Part shown: piece after piece, positions 18,101 through 27,794 of the stretch
Layout: each line of letters begins with the position of its first letter
How positions within the stretch are numbered: the stretch's first letter is position 1
Virus record (IMG/VR): IMGVR_UViG_3300029305_011567
Strand: one strand, 5' to 3'
Length of the DNA stretch: 64,000 nt
Source of the DNA: an uncultured virus (IMG/VR IMGVR_UViG_3300029305_011567)
Lineage: Duplodnaviria; Heunggongvirae; Uroviricota; Caudoviricetes
Notes under the pieces: model-generated
Databases searched by the model: none
What the model was told of the DNA's origin: nothing
What the model saw: only the letters and a program-made list of their open reading frames with translations
Translations under genes and position numbers: made by a program

Positions 18101-21036
18101 GTCCGGTAATTACCCAAACTGTCTATTCTCCGGACGGACCGGTACGGACACAGGTATGGGTGGATATATTTGCACAGGACGAATACCCGGACGGATATAC
18201 GGGCGCGGTAGGGCTTGAATACAGTAAAGACGGTATTACCTATCAGAATGACAATTACTTCACGTACTCCGAAAATGGTGTGTATACCGTTTATGTGCGC
18301 GATAAGGCAGGAAACGTATCACAGTGTACTCATGAGGTAACAACGATTGACCGAACACCGCCTGCGCTTACGGTTTCCATGTCGCCGGATAAGGCAACAC
18401 GGGGAGAAGTAACTCTTACCGTTACCGCCACGGATGCGGCCGGTATCGGACGGATAGAAAGCGTTTTTGGTAACAAATACGGAACGCTCTCCATGAAAAC
18501 TCTTTCCATGGACGTAACCGTAACCGAAAACGGAAGCTATACCTTTACTTCGAGTGATCAGGCTGGCAATGAAGCAGTTGTTACCTATACGGTTAGTAAC
18601 ATAGATACGGAAAATCCAATCATTACGGCGCTTAGTGCGGATAATACCAGTCCGACAAACGGCAGTGTTACTCTGACAGTATCAGCGGAGGATGCATTTA
18701 GTACGGGATATGACGAATCTGCCTTTGGCAGTAGTCTTTTCTACCGCTTTGATGAAAACGCCTACGGCACAGGCACTTCGTATACAGTAACCGAGAATGG
18801 AACGTATACTGCATGGGTAAAAGACCTTGTTGGAAATGAAAGCTCACAGAACATTGTGGTTGGTAATATCGACACCATTGCACCGACGATTGCGGGGCTT
18901 GTACCGGATATCACGGAGCCGACTACGGAAAACATTGTCATTACCGTGTCGGCAAGCGATACACAGTCAGATGGTTATGCGGGTGTGGTTGAACGTACAT
19001 ATAGCGCCGATGGCGTTACTTATACGGGTAACAATACCTTTGATGTAACGGAGAATGGCACGTATACCTACTACGTAAAGGATGTGGCAGGTAATGTTAC
19101 AAGTGAGAGTATTACCATTTCAAATATTGACCGTGAGGCACCCGTGGTAACCCATACCCTGAGTACGAGTGGTGCGACACCGTTCGTTGAAATCAAGATT
19201 CATGTATCCGATATATCCGGTGTTGCGAAAATTGTGTCAGAAACCGATACCGTTCAGGGTGAAACAAGCGATACGGTACTTATGTATACATTAACGGCAA
19301 ACGAAAACAAAGTTTACACCTTTACGGTTACGGATCATGCCGGTAACAGTACGGATCATGACGTAACAATTAACAACATAGATATCGAGGAACCCGTGAT
19401 AGATGAAGTGCGCGTGTCAAACGGCACACCCGCAAAAGAGGTTACGGTAGAAGTTGTAGCAACCGATTTTCAGACCGTTGGTTTTGATTCACAGCTTGGT
19501 TCGGCATTGTCCTACAAGCTGAATGACGGGGGATACCAGAGCGAACCGGCTTTTCGTGTTAAGGAAAACGGCACTTACACACTGTACGTAAAGGACAGTG
19601 CCGGAAACGTGGTGACACATACATTTGATGTAACGTGTATTGATTCTACACCGCCAAGCCTGAGTGTGACAATGGAGCCTGACCGCTGGACAAATAAGCC
19701 TGTGGTAATAAAGGCAAGCGCAACAGATACCGTATCGGACGGATTTAGTGGTAACGCAGATTTGAGATGCGAGTTTAGCTTTGATGGTGTGACTTACTCA
19801 GGCACAAATTCATGGACGGTGCAGCGTAACGGTACATACACGGTATATTGCCGTGATTCCGTTGGGAATGTATCAACTTGTAAGGTAAATGTTACACAGA
19901 TAAAAATGGAACCCATACCAAGTGATACTATTTCAGTATCACCCAGCACCGATGGCTGGTCTAAGGATGAGATTGTGGTTACCATTGAGGTAAAGGATAG
20001 TTCACTGGCAAAGGAAAACGCATACTCATTTGACGGTGGTAATACATGGCAGAACGATAATTCGTTTGTAATAAAAGAAAACGGTACGTATACCTTCTGT
20101 GTCCGCGATGTAGCGGGTAATGTTACAAAAATATCGTATACCATGGAACAGATTGATAAAGAACTTCCACAGGCACAGGTGCGTATGGAAGGAGCATATG
20201 AGAGCGCAAACATTACGCTGACTGTAGATGCGCAAGATAGTGTGTCCGGACTGGCTGATGAAGCATACAGCTTCGATGGTGGTAATACATGGCAGAGCGA
20301 TAATACGTTTATTAAAAACGGTGAGGGCTGGTATATCATTCTTGTGCGCGACAAGGCCGGCAATGAGCATACGTTAGAAGTGGTATTAACTTCGGATATG
20401 TTTGTCGTTCCGACCGCAGCTCTGACAAGAAAAGCCACGGCTACACCGTCGCCTACGGAAACACCGATACCCACACCTACGCCGGAACCGGTAAGTGAAG
20501 TATTACCAACAGTAACAGCACCTACACCGGTTATCATGCCGAGCATTGTGCCGGATATTTTAGAACAGTCTACGACACCATCTGTTGTAGAAGAAACACA
20601 GACGATTACGGTGGAGATTGAGGACCAGTTATCGCCAAAGGCTGATCGCTTTAACATTTTCCGTATCTTTACGGATTATGAAAACATGACACCGACAGAA
20701 AGGGCGGTTGCGATTTCTGCTTATGGTGTATTTATAAGTCTGCTGGTGGTAGTAGGTGTGATGATGTTGTTACTGCGTATGCGGAATATAACCGTATACT
20801 ACCATGATGGTATAGGAACCTTTGTGAAATGCAAAAAAGCGTCTTTGAAACAGCGGGAAGGTATGCATGTGGTAACGTTAAACGATAAAAGTACAGAACG
20901 TAGTGTATACCGTTTCGTGCCGCGCACCAGATACCTTGATAAACATAGATGGGAACCGGTTTTGATTATGTTGAATGGCAAAGAATACAAGCGTATTCTG
21001 GAACCGGATATGACGGTGGATACAAGCAAAGGATAA
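15130..21036 (+). CDS. Giant surface protein with 14 Ig-like repeats, Cys/His-rich domain and C-terminal TM anchor
   Basis: Signal peptide; 14 NG.Y....D..GN...V..ID-type units; TM helix near the end followed by a basic cytoplasmic domain. Confidence 0.88.
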   Translation: MKKRVISILTVLFLIAGLLWHENYATASQRITITYVMDGNTVVTQEVEIGSTASTPTVTAPDGYFISGYQLSDGSAVSADMVYTSDTTVYIQLEPYSQTVAQDAATPTPVEMLVLTDTPIPTIAETENTEDENTDTENGNDIAPAGINISVFFVPETFSSGLLPTLTDYTESVVVTANEQGTITMPVIVVPQGLNFTGYVDAEGNAVNGETVFLSDTAIYAQYALVPITDVPTATPTVIETPTESPLVTDVPEMVEEGQIPTEIVLEPELILHYVTIHYAGLVTRDGYTYYDYDDSYVYVCEVKENGTIDIPPLSSYAGMTYVGLMDDYGNFVSTDTVFTGEATLYAVYDYGYSLMSLSVDGEEVTESATLSHVHGGSSTTGGTCYKAVYHVHEDACYTTGKLTAYSHGSGGHADAAVNGCNANKTCRWISGGTCSVCGNVTYYFPCNQSKAAPKVGDVHCNKLTCTTSTTEVIGYNLNCAHTDCGTVTMASSNTQDNAPNTTLSINLASSGAGATITAYNWSTGATTDSILVANNGDYTCEVTYTDSVTGASSTVTVGMTVSNIDFVPPTVTVIADTDTATKGNVNLTVSATDNVGVASYSIDGVTYSSATTYEVTANGTYTLYAKDLAGNVGTAQYTVTNIDKVAPDVTVTFTDEPTNGAVTVTISATDLHSAGYDTAHGNNISYSFNGAAYGTKTQYSVAQNGTYIVSVCDVAGNVTEKSITVNGIDTKAPVISGVNSSDTAMTNQNITLTVLATDTQDSGYGKNTRLTYSMNGSAAQTSNQFTVTTNGTYNFAVTDPAGNKDTFSFAVSNIDKDAPELTYSLLSDIGTSGVVDVRITAADNNSVTLITDGTTDKTVSGTDTTATFTYTQNGTYTFTARDVAGNEKSVSVVVANIDTLAPSINVLEIADTAPQNRFVTICAEVSEQYSSGYDSASYGTDIFYSWNGGEFTKNATYTVTANGTYTLTVKDLLGNEATASVTVSNFDNISPVITQTVYSPDGPVRTQVWVDIFAQDEYPDGYTGAVGLEYSKDGITYQNDNYFTYSENGVYTVYVRDKAGNVSQCTHEVTTIDRTPPALTVSMSPDKATRGEVTLTVTATDAAGIGRIESVFGNKYGTLSMKTLSMDVTVTENGSYTFTSSDQAGNEAVVTYTVSNIDTENPIITALSADNTSPTNGSVTLTVSAEDAFSTGYDESAFGSSLFYRFDENAYGTGTSYTVTENGTYTAWVKDLVGNESSQNIVVGNIDTIAPTIAGLVPDITEPTTENIVITVSASDTQSDGYAGVVERTYSADGVTYTGNNTFDVTENGTYTYYVKDVAGNVTSESITISNIDREAPVVTHTLSTSGATPFVEIKIHVSDISGVAKIVSETDTVQGETSDTVLMYTLTANENKVYTFTVTDHAGNSTDHDVTINNIDIEEPVIDEVRVSNGTPAKEVTVEVVATDFQTVGFDSQLGSALSYKLNDGGYQSEPAFRVKENGTYTLYVKDSAGNVVTHTFDVTCIDSTPPSLSVTMEPDRWTNKPVVIKASATDTVSDGFSGNADLRCEFSFDGVTYSGTNSWTVQRNGTYTVYCRDSVGNVSTCKVNVTQIKMEPIPSDTISVSPSTDGWSKDEIVVTIEVKDSSLAKENAYSFDGGNTWQNDNSFVIKENGTYTFCVRDVAGNVTKISYTMEQIDKELPQAQVRMEGAYESANITLTVDAQDSVSGLADEAYSFDGGNTWQSDNTFIKNGEGWYIILVRDKAGNEHTLEVVLTSDMFVVPTAALTRKATATPSPTETPIPTPTPEPVSEVLPTVTAPTPVIMPSIVPDILEQSTTPSVVEETQTITVEIEDQLSPKADRFNIFRIFTDYENMTPTERAVAISAYGVFISLLVVVGVMMLLLRMRNITVYYHDGIGTFVKCKKASLKQREGMHVVTLNDKSTERSVYRFVPRTRYLDKHRWEPVLIMLNGKEYKRILEPDMTVDTSKG

Positions 21037-21281
21037 GGGGACCTTACATTTTCCTATATTCACATATAGAAAAGATGAAATGGGAAAATGATATTTATTA
21101 AAATCATTTTACTAATAGTTATACGTATTGCTATTGACCAAGCAACGTGTGAATGTGTAGCGATATTACCAGTTGCAATAGAAATAGTAATTATAAGTGG
21201 TCTTATATATATCTATGTTTGAGCATCAAAGGACAGGGATTATTTTGTAACATTAAGAATTCAATTTTAGGAGGAGAAAAA

Positions 21282-22124
21282 ATGGATTATTTTATTAAAG
21301 TTTGGGAACTGGTTGACAAACCTTTAGCTATCGGATTATCTGTATTGTTTGTATTGACTGTAACTAGCAGTCTTCTGGTGTGGAGGGATAAGTGCAAAGA
21401 CGCAGAAAAACGAAAATTTTTGACAGCTGTATTTTTCACATGTGGAGTCATGGGTGCCTATGTTTCTGCTTCTGTCATTACAATTTTGCATGATATACTA
21501 TTAACATTTGGAATTTTATCGTTTCTTACATACAATCTGTTTCGACAGCTTGGTGTGGACAGCAAAATGACATTCCGTAGAGCGTTATCGGTATTAGGAA
21601 GTGTCATAGGTATGTATTTCTCGTTTGTTGTATTATTTGGTGCTTTCATTTCGTGTAACTTCTACGGCATTGCAGGTGTTAATGGAGTTGTAAATAATGA
21701 TGTATTATCTGTCACAGGGCTTGCAAAATATATCGCAGAACGGGGCAACTATCTAGTGTGTGGTTTAGTTGCTACCTATCTGGTTATGGCAATCGTAATT
21801 ACGAAGCCGTGGCAGATGACAGATAAAAGGGATATGGTAACTTGCTTTGCCAAGTGGTTTGTGAGTGCCGCACTTATTTCGCTGACAACTACGGTAATTG
21901 GTAAAACGAATCTGCTGTATCATGCAATGCTGTTATTGAAAGATGGTTATACGGTTCTTGCGGAAAGAGTAGTAGAGGGTAAGCATTTCAATTATACAGT
22001 AGTTAATTTTGTACTTGTTTACGGTTTAGGTGTATATGCTTGCATGATTGCAGGAACATTACGAAATCTTCTTTGGTGTTTTTCAAGCAAGGGAACAATA
22101 ACCGAAGGTAACAGATGTGAATAA
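21282..22124 (+). CDS. Multi-pass membrane protein
   Basis: About 7 hydrophobic segments; RBS AGGAGG; visibly AT-rich context. Confidence 0.75.
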   Translation: MDYFIKVWELVDKPLAIGLSVLFVLTVTSSLLVWRDKCKDAEKRKFLTAVFFTCGVMGAYVSASVITILHDILLTFGILSFLTYNLFRQLGVDSKMTFRRALSVLGSVIGMYFSFVVLFGAFISCNFYGIAGVNGVVNNDVLSVTGLAKYIAERGNYLVCGLVATYLVMAIVITKPWQMTDKRDMVTCFAKWFVSAALISLTTTVIGKTNLLYHAMLLLKDGYTVLAERVVEGKHFNYTVVNFVLVYGLGVYACMIAGTLRNLLWCFSSKGTITEGNRCE

Positions 22125-22325
22125 ACCACATGGTTGTTTGAAATAGTTCACTTTTATCATTGTATATATCCGTTATGAATCTAATGCAGTAATATCATGC
22201 TTATCGTTTTTAGGGCAAGTGCAACACCTCTGTTGCACTTGCCTTGAAAATCTTGCTTTGTGAAGAACTATTTGTAATAACTGCTGATTTGCGTTAAAAT
22301 ATAATATACAGAAGGGAGTGCTGTT

Positions 22326-22793
22326 ATGGGTAAAAAACTGGAAGAAATCATGAATGAGGCATCGGAACTGAATGTAAGGATAAAGCAGTTATTGTATCAC
22401 GCTGAGTATGAAAACGATAACGAGTTGTCGTATCTGACTTATGACAAAACCGATCCGCAGCAGCTATTTATATTGGATGAATTACGGATGATTCTTGACA
22501 GGTTGGATGATGTATCACATACCATGAATTATCTGGATAGGGCAGTTAAGGATGTAGGGGAGCTTCATAAAAACAGCAATGGAAGAATGGAACTGAATGG
22601 TCATGAATTTCGTAGCGGTGATGGGATTGAATATCTTTCCTGTGACGAGCGCCATTGCACATACAATACAGAGAATGAATATGTGCCGGTTGCATACTGG
22701 AAAAGTGGCACCGTGGAACATAATGGTAGTGATTATTACATTGCAGGGGCATCGGATTTGACGTTGGAGGGGCTTGTCGTCCGTTATCGGTAA
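22326..22793 (+). CDS. DUF5348-like domain protein
   Basis: C-terminal G.L.KN.NGR...GHEF.SGD.IE...W..G.VEH...YY...L.GL.VR pattern. Confidence 0.7.
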   Translation: MGKKLEEIMNEASELNVRIKQLLYHAEYENDNELSYLTYDKTDPQQLFILDELRMILDRLDDVSHTMNYLDRAVKDVGELHKNSNGRMELNGHEFRSGDGIEYLSCDERHCTYNTENEYVPVAYWKSGTVEHNGSDYYIAGASDLTLEGLVVRYR

Positions 22794-22828
22794 TGAATGG
22801 AATGATGGTAATTGGAGGAGAAGATGTT

Positions 22829-23125
22829 ATGGAGTATATGGTTATTTTAATATATGTTGTAGTAATGATGCAGTTTATAAACAGCAAGCCACTTGTTAAG
22901 GAAAGAAGTAAATGTAGGGGATATTCCTTTTATAAAAGAAGTGCTATTATCAATATGATAATCGGATATGGCGGGATGATTGCTGTAAATTTGTTACTGC
23001 GAGATAAAGGAATTATTCCACAGTCTTTTGTATGGATGGCCTTGATTGGATTTGCGTTGGTGGTAATTTATAGTATGTATTGTATTTACCGAATGATGAC
23101 CACAGCATATTCTGGTAGATATTGA
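22829..23125 (+). CDS. Small membrane protein (3 TM)
   Basis: RBS GGAGGAG; three hydrophobic segments. Confidence 0.65.
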   Translation: MEYMVILIYVVVMMQFINSKPLVKERSKCRGYSFYKRSAIINMIIGYGGMIAVNLLLRDKGIIPQSFVWMALIGFALVVIYSMYCIYRMMTTAYSGRY

Positions 23126-23244
23126 TATATTCTGTTATACATATAGGGATAGAAGCGGTTGGTGTTTTCATGGTTTCGCTTTGATTTGTCTTTTGTTGGA
23201 ATGTTTCCTCTTTTGTTGGAACTGTAATTTTTTGTGAATAACAC

Positions 23245-23450
23245 TTGATTTTCCAGTGTATTTCGTGCATAATATAGTTATCTTCTATTTGTGTATTATG
23301 ACTACGCCGCCTCATAAGGCGCAATTTTGTGAATTCCTACTGGTTAGGTGGTGTTGGATAATGGAGGATAATTATAGTTTCACGGTTTGAATGATTTTAA
23401 GCACATGCATATGTATGTGCTTTTTTTATGCCCTGAAACTGGATTATAAA
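23245..23450 (+). promoter_or_regulatory. Repeated promoter/structured leader element, copy 1
   Basis: TTGATT-17-CATAAT; 23279-23450 identical to 43339-43510; ends in a terminator-like hairpin with T run. Confidence 0.88.
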
Positions 23451-23481
23451 AGAGAAAAACTTAGAAAAGGAGGTTGGTAGT

Positions 23482-25995
23482 GTGAAAGCAACACTAACAA
23501 CATGCCAGTTTTACGACTCGGTGTGTAAACAAAAAGGTGCCTATGAAAAGGCATTCTACAAGGAAAACCGTTACTCGGTTTTTAATGAGAAGCTGGCGTT
23601 GGTGTATGAACAGTTATTAAACGGTACATCAAAGCAGGACATTTTGAGTTCGTTTCGCGATGCAATCACCCGTTCTTATCAGGACGAGTGGTTTCCTTTT
23701 TATTGGGAAAAGGATGTTGCGGTTGAGGATGATGTCTTTTGCGTTGAACGGCTTCTTGAGTGGATAGGTTACCATTCCTATCAGATATTACGGGTGCATG
23801 TGCCCGTGCAGGCGATTCTTTGCGATACGCTTGTAAAAAGTGAGGTCAGCTTATTATTGCAGGAAGAAACAGGCAGATATGTTGCGGTAGTTGTCAGTAA
23901 CAAAAAGACCGATCGTTCCATTATGGGGAAATCGGTTCATACAGCCATTCTTTCTGACCTTGACTGCATGATTGCAAAACACTTTCTGGAGAGCCAGTAT
24001 GAGGATATCCAGATTGTAAAGGTGTATTTGCGTTGTGCGGACGAAACACAGGGTAATTTATTACCGTCCCTGATACGTGGCGCCACAAAAAAGCATCATG
24101 TGTTCTTTGCGGATTACGCTTCTTATTATGCCAATGGTGCATTTGATAAGGAGCGTTTTTTAGCAATGATGGAATCTGTGTTTGAAACACCACTTCCAAT
24201 GCCATGCTTTGAATGTAAGTATGGTGCGCTGTGTCATGTGATACAGGATGAGGAGGAAGTTGTTTCACAGGAGAAAGAAACTGCATATGTACTGCCACAG
24301 TACACAAAAGAACAGTTGCAGGCGGTAAATCACTTAAAAGGAGCTATGCGTGTATGCGCAGGTCCCGGCAGTGGAAAAACTGCAACGCTTGTGGGACGTA
24401 TTAAGCATTTGATAGACAGTGGCGTTGAGCCGGAGTTTATCTTGTGCATTACGTTTGCCAAGGAAGCGGCAAATGAACTGTTGTACCGTGTATCATCTTT
24501 TTGCTCAGAGGAGTCCATGCCGTATATCGCAACGCTTAATGCGCTTGGGTATGATATTATCCGGCAAAATGAGGATATCTTTGGTAAGCGGTCGTTGTTT
24601 ACCGAAGCAATGAAAATTGAACTCATTAAGAACCTGCATACGGTATACGACCAGCTTTCCGGCTTTAATTATGCCATGAAAGATGGTAAGAACGGTTTAT
24701 ACCGAATGATTAGCACAAGGCTGGATGCGTACTTTGCCGACGAAGAACATTTCTTTGAAAAATATCCGCAGCACTCCTCGGATTTTGTCGAGTTTGCAAA
24801 CGAATATGCGGACATTGTACGCGCAAGGGGGCTGATTACTTTTGACGAGCAGATTTCGCTTTGTAACCAGTTGTTTGCGGAATACCCGGAGATTGCAGAC
24901 GTATACAGCAGACGTTTTCAGTATGTCATGGTAGACGAATATCAGGATGTAAATGAACAACAGGCTTTGCTGTGTGATACGATTGCATCCCATGGTAATC
25001 TGATGGTTGTAGGCGATGATGACCAGTCAATTTATAAGTTCCGTGGTGGCAATAACCGTTTTTTGCTTGATTTTGAGAAACGATTTCCTGATGCTAAGTC
25101 AGTGATTCTTTCTAAAAATTTCCGATCCAGTAGTGGAATCGTGAAAGAAGCAGAAAAGGTAATTGCACAGAACGAACAGCGGATATTAAAAGATATCACT
25201 TGTGATAATGAAGGAAATGAACCGATCTATGTGCAGGGAACGGATGCGCGTGTCATTGATGGGCTGATTACCCAATGTATCAATGACGGTTGTTGCTTTG
25301 GTGACATTGCCATCCTGACAAGGAAAAATTCTACGTTGGAAGAACTTCATAAAAAACTGAACCATCCAACGGTGCTTGCAAAAAGATTTTTACGCTCGGA
25401 ACCACTGTTTCTGATTTTGAAATGTGTTCTGGGACTTTTTTTTAGCCAGTGCCGGGATGATGCAAGCTGGTATGTATTAGGTCAGCTTTTTAAGTTGCCT
25501 ATACCGGAAACAAATGTGTACGAGAACCTGTTGCGACAGGGTTATGCAGATTTGCTTGATTATGACTTCTACCAGAACTTATCTTTGGATGAGCCACTTG
25601 GGGAACTGTTGTCAAAACTCAGCAATATCTATGAACACATCGAACGTCTTGATTGTGTTACCTTAAACAATATGGTTGCCTGCATGTTTGGACATGAAGA
25701 AAGTAAAGCACTTGAGGTGCTTAACGAGCTTGTGTTAAAACAGCAGCTTCGTGGAATGAAGTTATATCGTGACTATCTGGATTATACCTATGAGTACGAT
25801 GACCAGACGAAAGTCCCTGTTGTGCAGGGAAACCGTGTGTTGCTTATTACATCACACGAAAGTAAGGGCAAAGAATATCCGGTAGTGATACTGGTAGAGC
25901 CTGATATGAACAAAAACACAGATGATGAGGACAGAAGAGTGCTTTACGTGTCCATGACACGGGCAAAGCAGACACTCTATATCTGTTCTGATTAG
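23482..25995 (+). CDS. UvrD/PcrA-like SF1 helicase with an N-terminal nuclease-like extension
   Basis: AGPGSGKT, VDEYQD, VGDDDQSIYKFRG, NFRS, TSHESKGKEY, YVSMTRAK motifs. Confidence 0.92.
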   Translation: MKATLTTCQFYDSVCKQKGAYEKAFYKENRYSVFNEKLALVYEQLLNGTSKQDILSSFRDAITRSYQDEWFPFYWEKDVAVEDDVFCVERLLEWIGYHSYQILRVHVPVQAILCDTLVKSEVSLLLQEETGRYVAVVVSNKKTDRSIMGKSVHTAILSDLDCMIAKHFLESQYEDIQIVKVYLRCADETQGNLLPSLIRGATKKHHVFFADYASYYANGAFDKERFLAMMESVFETPLPMPCFECKYGALCHVIQDEEEVVSQEKETAYVLPQYTKEQLQAVNHLKGAMRVCAGPGSGKTATLVGRIKHLIDSGVEPEFILCITFAKEAANELLYRVSSFCSEESMPYIATLNALGYDIIRQNEDIFGKRSLFTEAMKIELIKNLHTVYDQLSGFNYAMKDGKNGLYRMISTRLDAYFADEEHFFEKYPQHSSDFVEFANEYADIVRARGLITFDEQISLCNQLFAEYPEIADVYSRRFQYVMVDEYQDVNEQQALLCDTIASHGNLMVVGDDDQSIYKFRGGNNRFLLDFEKRFPDAKSVILSKNFRSSSGIVKEAEKVIAQNEQRILKDITCDNEGNEPIYVQGTDARVIDGLITQCINDGCCFGDIAILTRKNSTLEELHKKLNHPTVLAKRFLRSEPLFLILKCVLGLFFSQCRDDASWYVLGQLFKLPIPETNVYENLLRQGYADLLDYDFYQNLSLDEPLGELLSKLSNIYEHIERLDCVTLNNMVACMFGHEESKALEVLNELVLKQQLRGMKLYRDYLDYTYEYDDQTKVPVVQGNRVLLITSHESKGKEYPVVILVEPDMNKNTDDEDRRVLYVSMTRAKQTLYICSD

Positions 25996-26008
25996 AAGGA
26001 GGGGTTAT

Positions 26009-26917
26009 ATGATTCAGTTGCTTTATGGAAACGAACCCTACTGCATAGATTACCAGAAAAACAAAATGCTTAGTCAGATTGAGAATCAGGACGTGAATGT
26101 AAAACGTGGCGATTCCTTTACAGAAGATGTGATGAATTTTTTACATGCATCTTCTTTTTTTGGCGGTAAAAAGCTGGTGATACTTACAGTGGAGGAGTTA
26201 AAGGAATCTTGTATATCCAAGCTGTATCTTGATTATCTGGAAAATATCTCGCCGGTAAATGACCTTCTTATCATTGCTCGTAAGGTGGATGAAAGAAGCA
26301 CGTATTTTAAGGCGACAAAGAATGCCGGTATTGTCACAAAATGTGACAAACTGGAAGATATGAGTTTAGTTGACAAGATTCTGCTTCGTGAAGTTGGAAG
26401 ACTAAATGCCAACATTACGGCGGATGCGTTTGCGGAGTTTAAAAGGCGTATGAGCTATATGGATAATGAGGATGTAAACCTCTGCATGATGGTAAATACG
26501 TTAAAAAATCTTGCAGATGCTTCAAAAACGATTACGCCCCAGCTGGTAATAGCGATTGTTCCGGAGTGTTCCACAGAAAATATATTTGCGTTAGCGGCGC
26601 TGATCCGTAAGGGTGATTATAAAACAGCCCGCAAGCAGGTAAATCTTCTGATTGATGCTGATAAAGTAATGGGGACACTTGCAGCGGTACTTCGCGAGTT
26701 TCGTATTGCGTATAAGGCTTCGATGTTTGAGTTTAAGGACATCGGCATACGCTTTTTGGCATTCCGTAACCTTTCGCAAGACCAGACCTACGCGGGGCTT
26801 TGTATTTGTCAGAAAGGCATGGATGATATTAAGGCCGGCGTAATGACCGAGGATAATGCACTTGTCTATGTTGTGGAACAGCTGTGTGAGTTACTTGGCG
26901 CAGCAGACACAGAATAG
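26009..26917 (+). CDS. DNA polymerase III delta (HolA)-like protein
   Basis: LLYGNEPY.ID start, S.FFGGKKLVI, ENIFAL, D.DIKAG C-terminal motif. Confidence 0.8.
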   Translation: MIQLLYGNEPYCIDYQKNKMLSQIENQDVNVKRGDSFTEDVMNFLHASSFFGGKKLVILTVEELKESCISKLYLDYLENISPVNDLLIIARKVDERSTYFKATKNAGIVTKCDKLEDMSLVDKILLREVGRLNANITADAFAEFKRRMSYMDNEDVNLCMMVNTLKNLADASKTITPQLVIAIVPECSTENIFALAALIRKGDYKTARKQVNLLIDADKVMGTLAAVLREFRIAYKASMFEFKDIGIRFLAFRNLSQDQTYAGLCICQKGMDDIKAGVMTEDNALVYVVEQLCELLGAADTE

Positions 26918-26930
26918 GGGGTGTTGTTTT

Positions 26931-27440
26931 ATGGAGCAGGATGTATGGTTGCAGAAAGCAGATTCCAATGAGTTTAATCTGGGATTTCACCCGCAGTATT
27001 CGTTCTACGTCCTTAATGGGGATGTGAGAATCGGACATGTGCATGTCAGTGAAATGAAGGATGGTTATTTTGTGGAGTGGATTATGTTTCATACAGCAGA
27101 ACGTAAAAAGGGTTTTCTTCGGAAAGCCCTTTTAGCTGTAATGGACCATTTTCATGTGAACAAATTAAGGTTGGAATCCGATGTTTTGCATAAGGCGATG
27201 TATGTTCACTTGGGCGCGGTAGAGGTTGATTACGACAGCGTTCGTGCTGTCTCTTCATTACTTCTTATGCGTGTTGCCCTAACAAAAACATACCGAACAA
27301 AAACAGAAATGATTGATTACTTCAAGAAGCTGGCATATGCCTTTGAGGTAGAAGCACACCGTACCGGTAATAAAGTGGCAAAGGGTAAGGCGGAAGCCTA
27401 TGAACTGGCTGCTTTTGAACTGGAGCATAATTTGAAGTAA
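26931..27440 (+). CDS. GNAT-like acetyltransferase with C-terminal helical extension
   Basis: ER.KG.LR and MY.HLG motifs resemble the acetyl-CoA binding fold. Confidence 0.55.
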   Translation: MEQDVWLQKADSNEFNLGFHPQYSFYVLNGDVRIGHVHVSEMKDGYFVEWIMFHTAERKKGFLRKALLAVMDHFHVNKLRLESDVLHKAMYVHLGAVEVDYDSVRAVSSLLLMRVALTKTYRTKTEMIDYFKKLAYAFEVEAHRTGNKVAKGKAEAYELAAFELEHNLK

Positions 27441-27458
27441 TGGCAGTTACAAACGGAG

Positions 27459-27728
27459 GTGGGTATCATGGTGAATTGGTACAAGTTTATCTGCGGTGAA
27501 GCACAGTTGGAATGTCAGACCGTGGAAGAAGCGGAGTTGTTGCTTAAAATGTGTAAGGACAACAACATTCAGTGTGAACACGTTAAACCGGAGTATTTCA
27601 AAGAAGAACCTTATTGGTATGTAAGAGATGGATGGATTTTAGAAATCACGAAATATTTTGGGGATTCTGAGCAAATCTGTTCCACTTGGACCGTACAGGA
27701 TTTCATTGAAAATCATACCGGGGAATAA
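27459..27728 (+). CDS. Hypothetical protein
   Basis: RBS GGAGG; start could be 27468. Confidence 0.65.
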   Translation: MGIMVNWYKFICGEAQLECQTVEEAELLLKMCKDNNIQCEHVKPEYFKEEPYWYVRDGWILEITKYFGDSEQICSTWTVQDFIENHTGE

Positions 27729-27794
27729 TGACGCTACTGGATAGAACAGATTGAATTATAGAAAAAGTAAATTAAAAAATGGAGGAAAAGAAAC

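Noticed and set aside
19794..20657. 287-aa minus-strand ORF and similar antisense ORFs inside the giant genes
   Set aside because: Antisense shadows of long + strand genes; no RBS or motifs
23013..23324. Minus-strand ORFs starting MRLM(R/G)RRSHNTQIED (also 35929-36162)
   Set aside because: By-products of the repeated element; they diverge immediately outside the repeat
23298..23390. 30-aa leader peptide MTTPPHKAQF... in the repeated element
   Set aside because: No RBS, and copy 2 has a stop after 10 codons, so conservation is at DNA/RNA level
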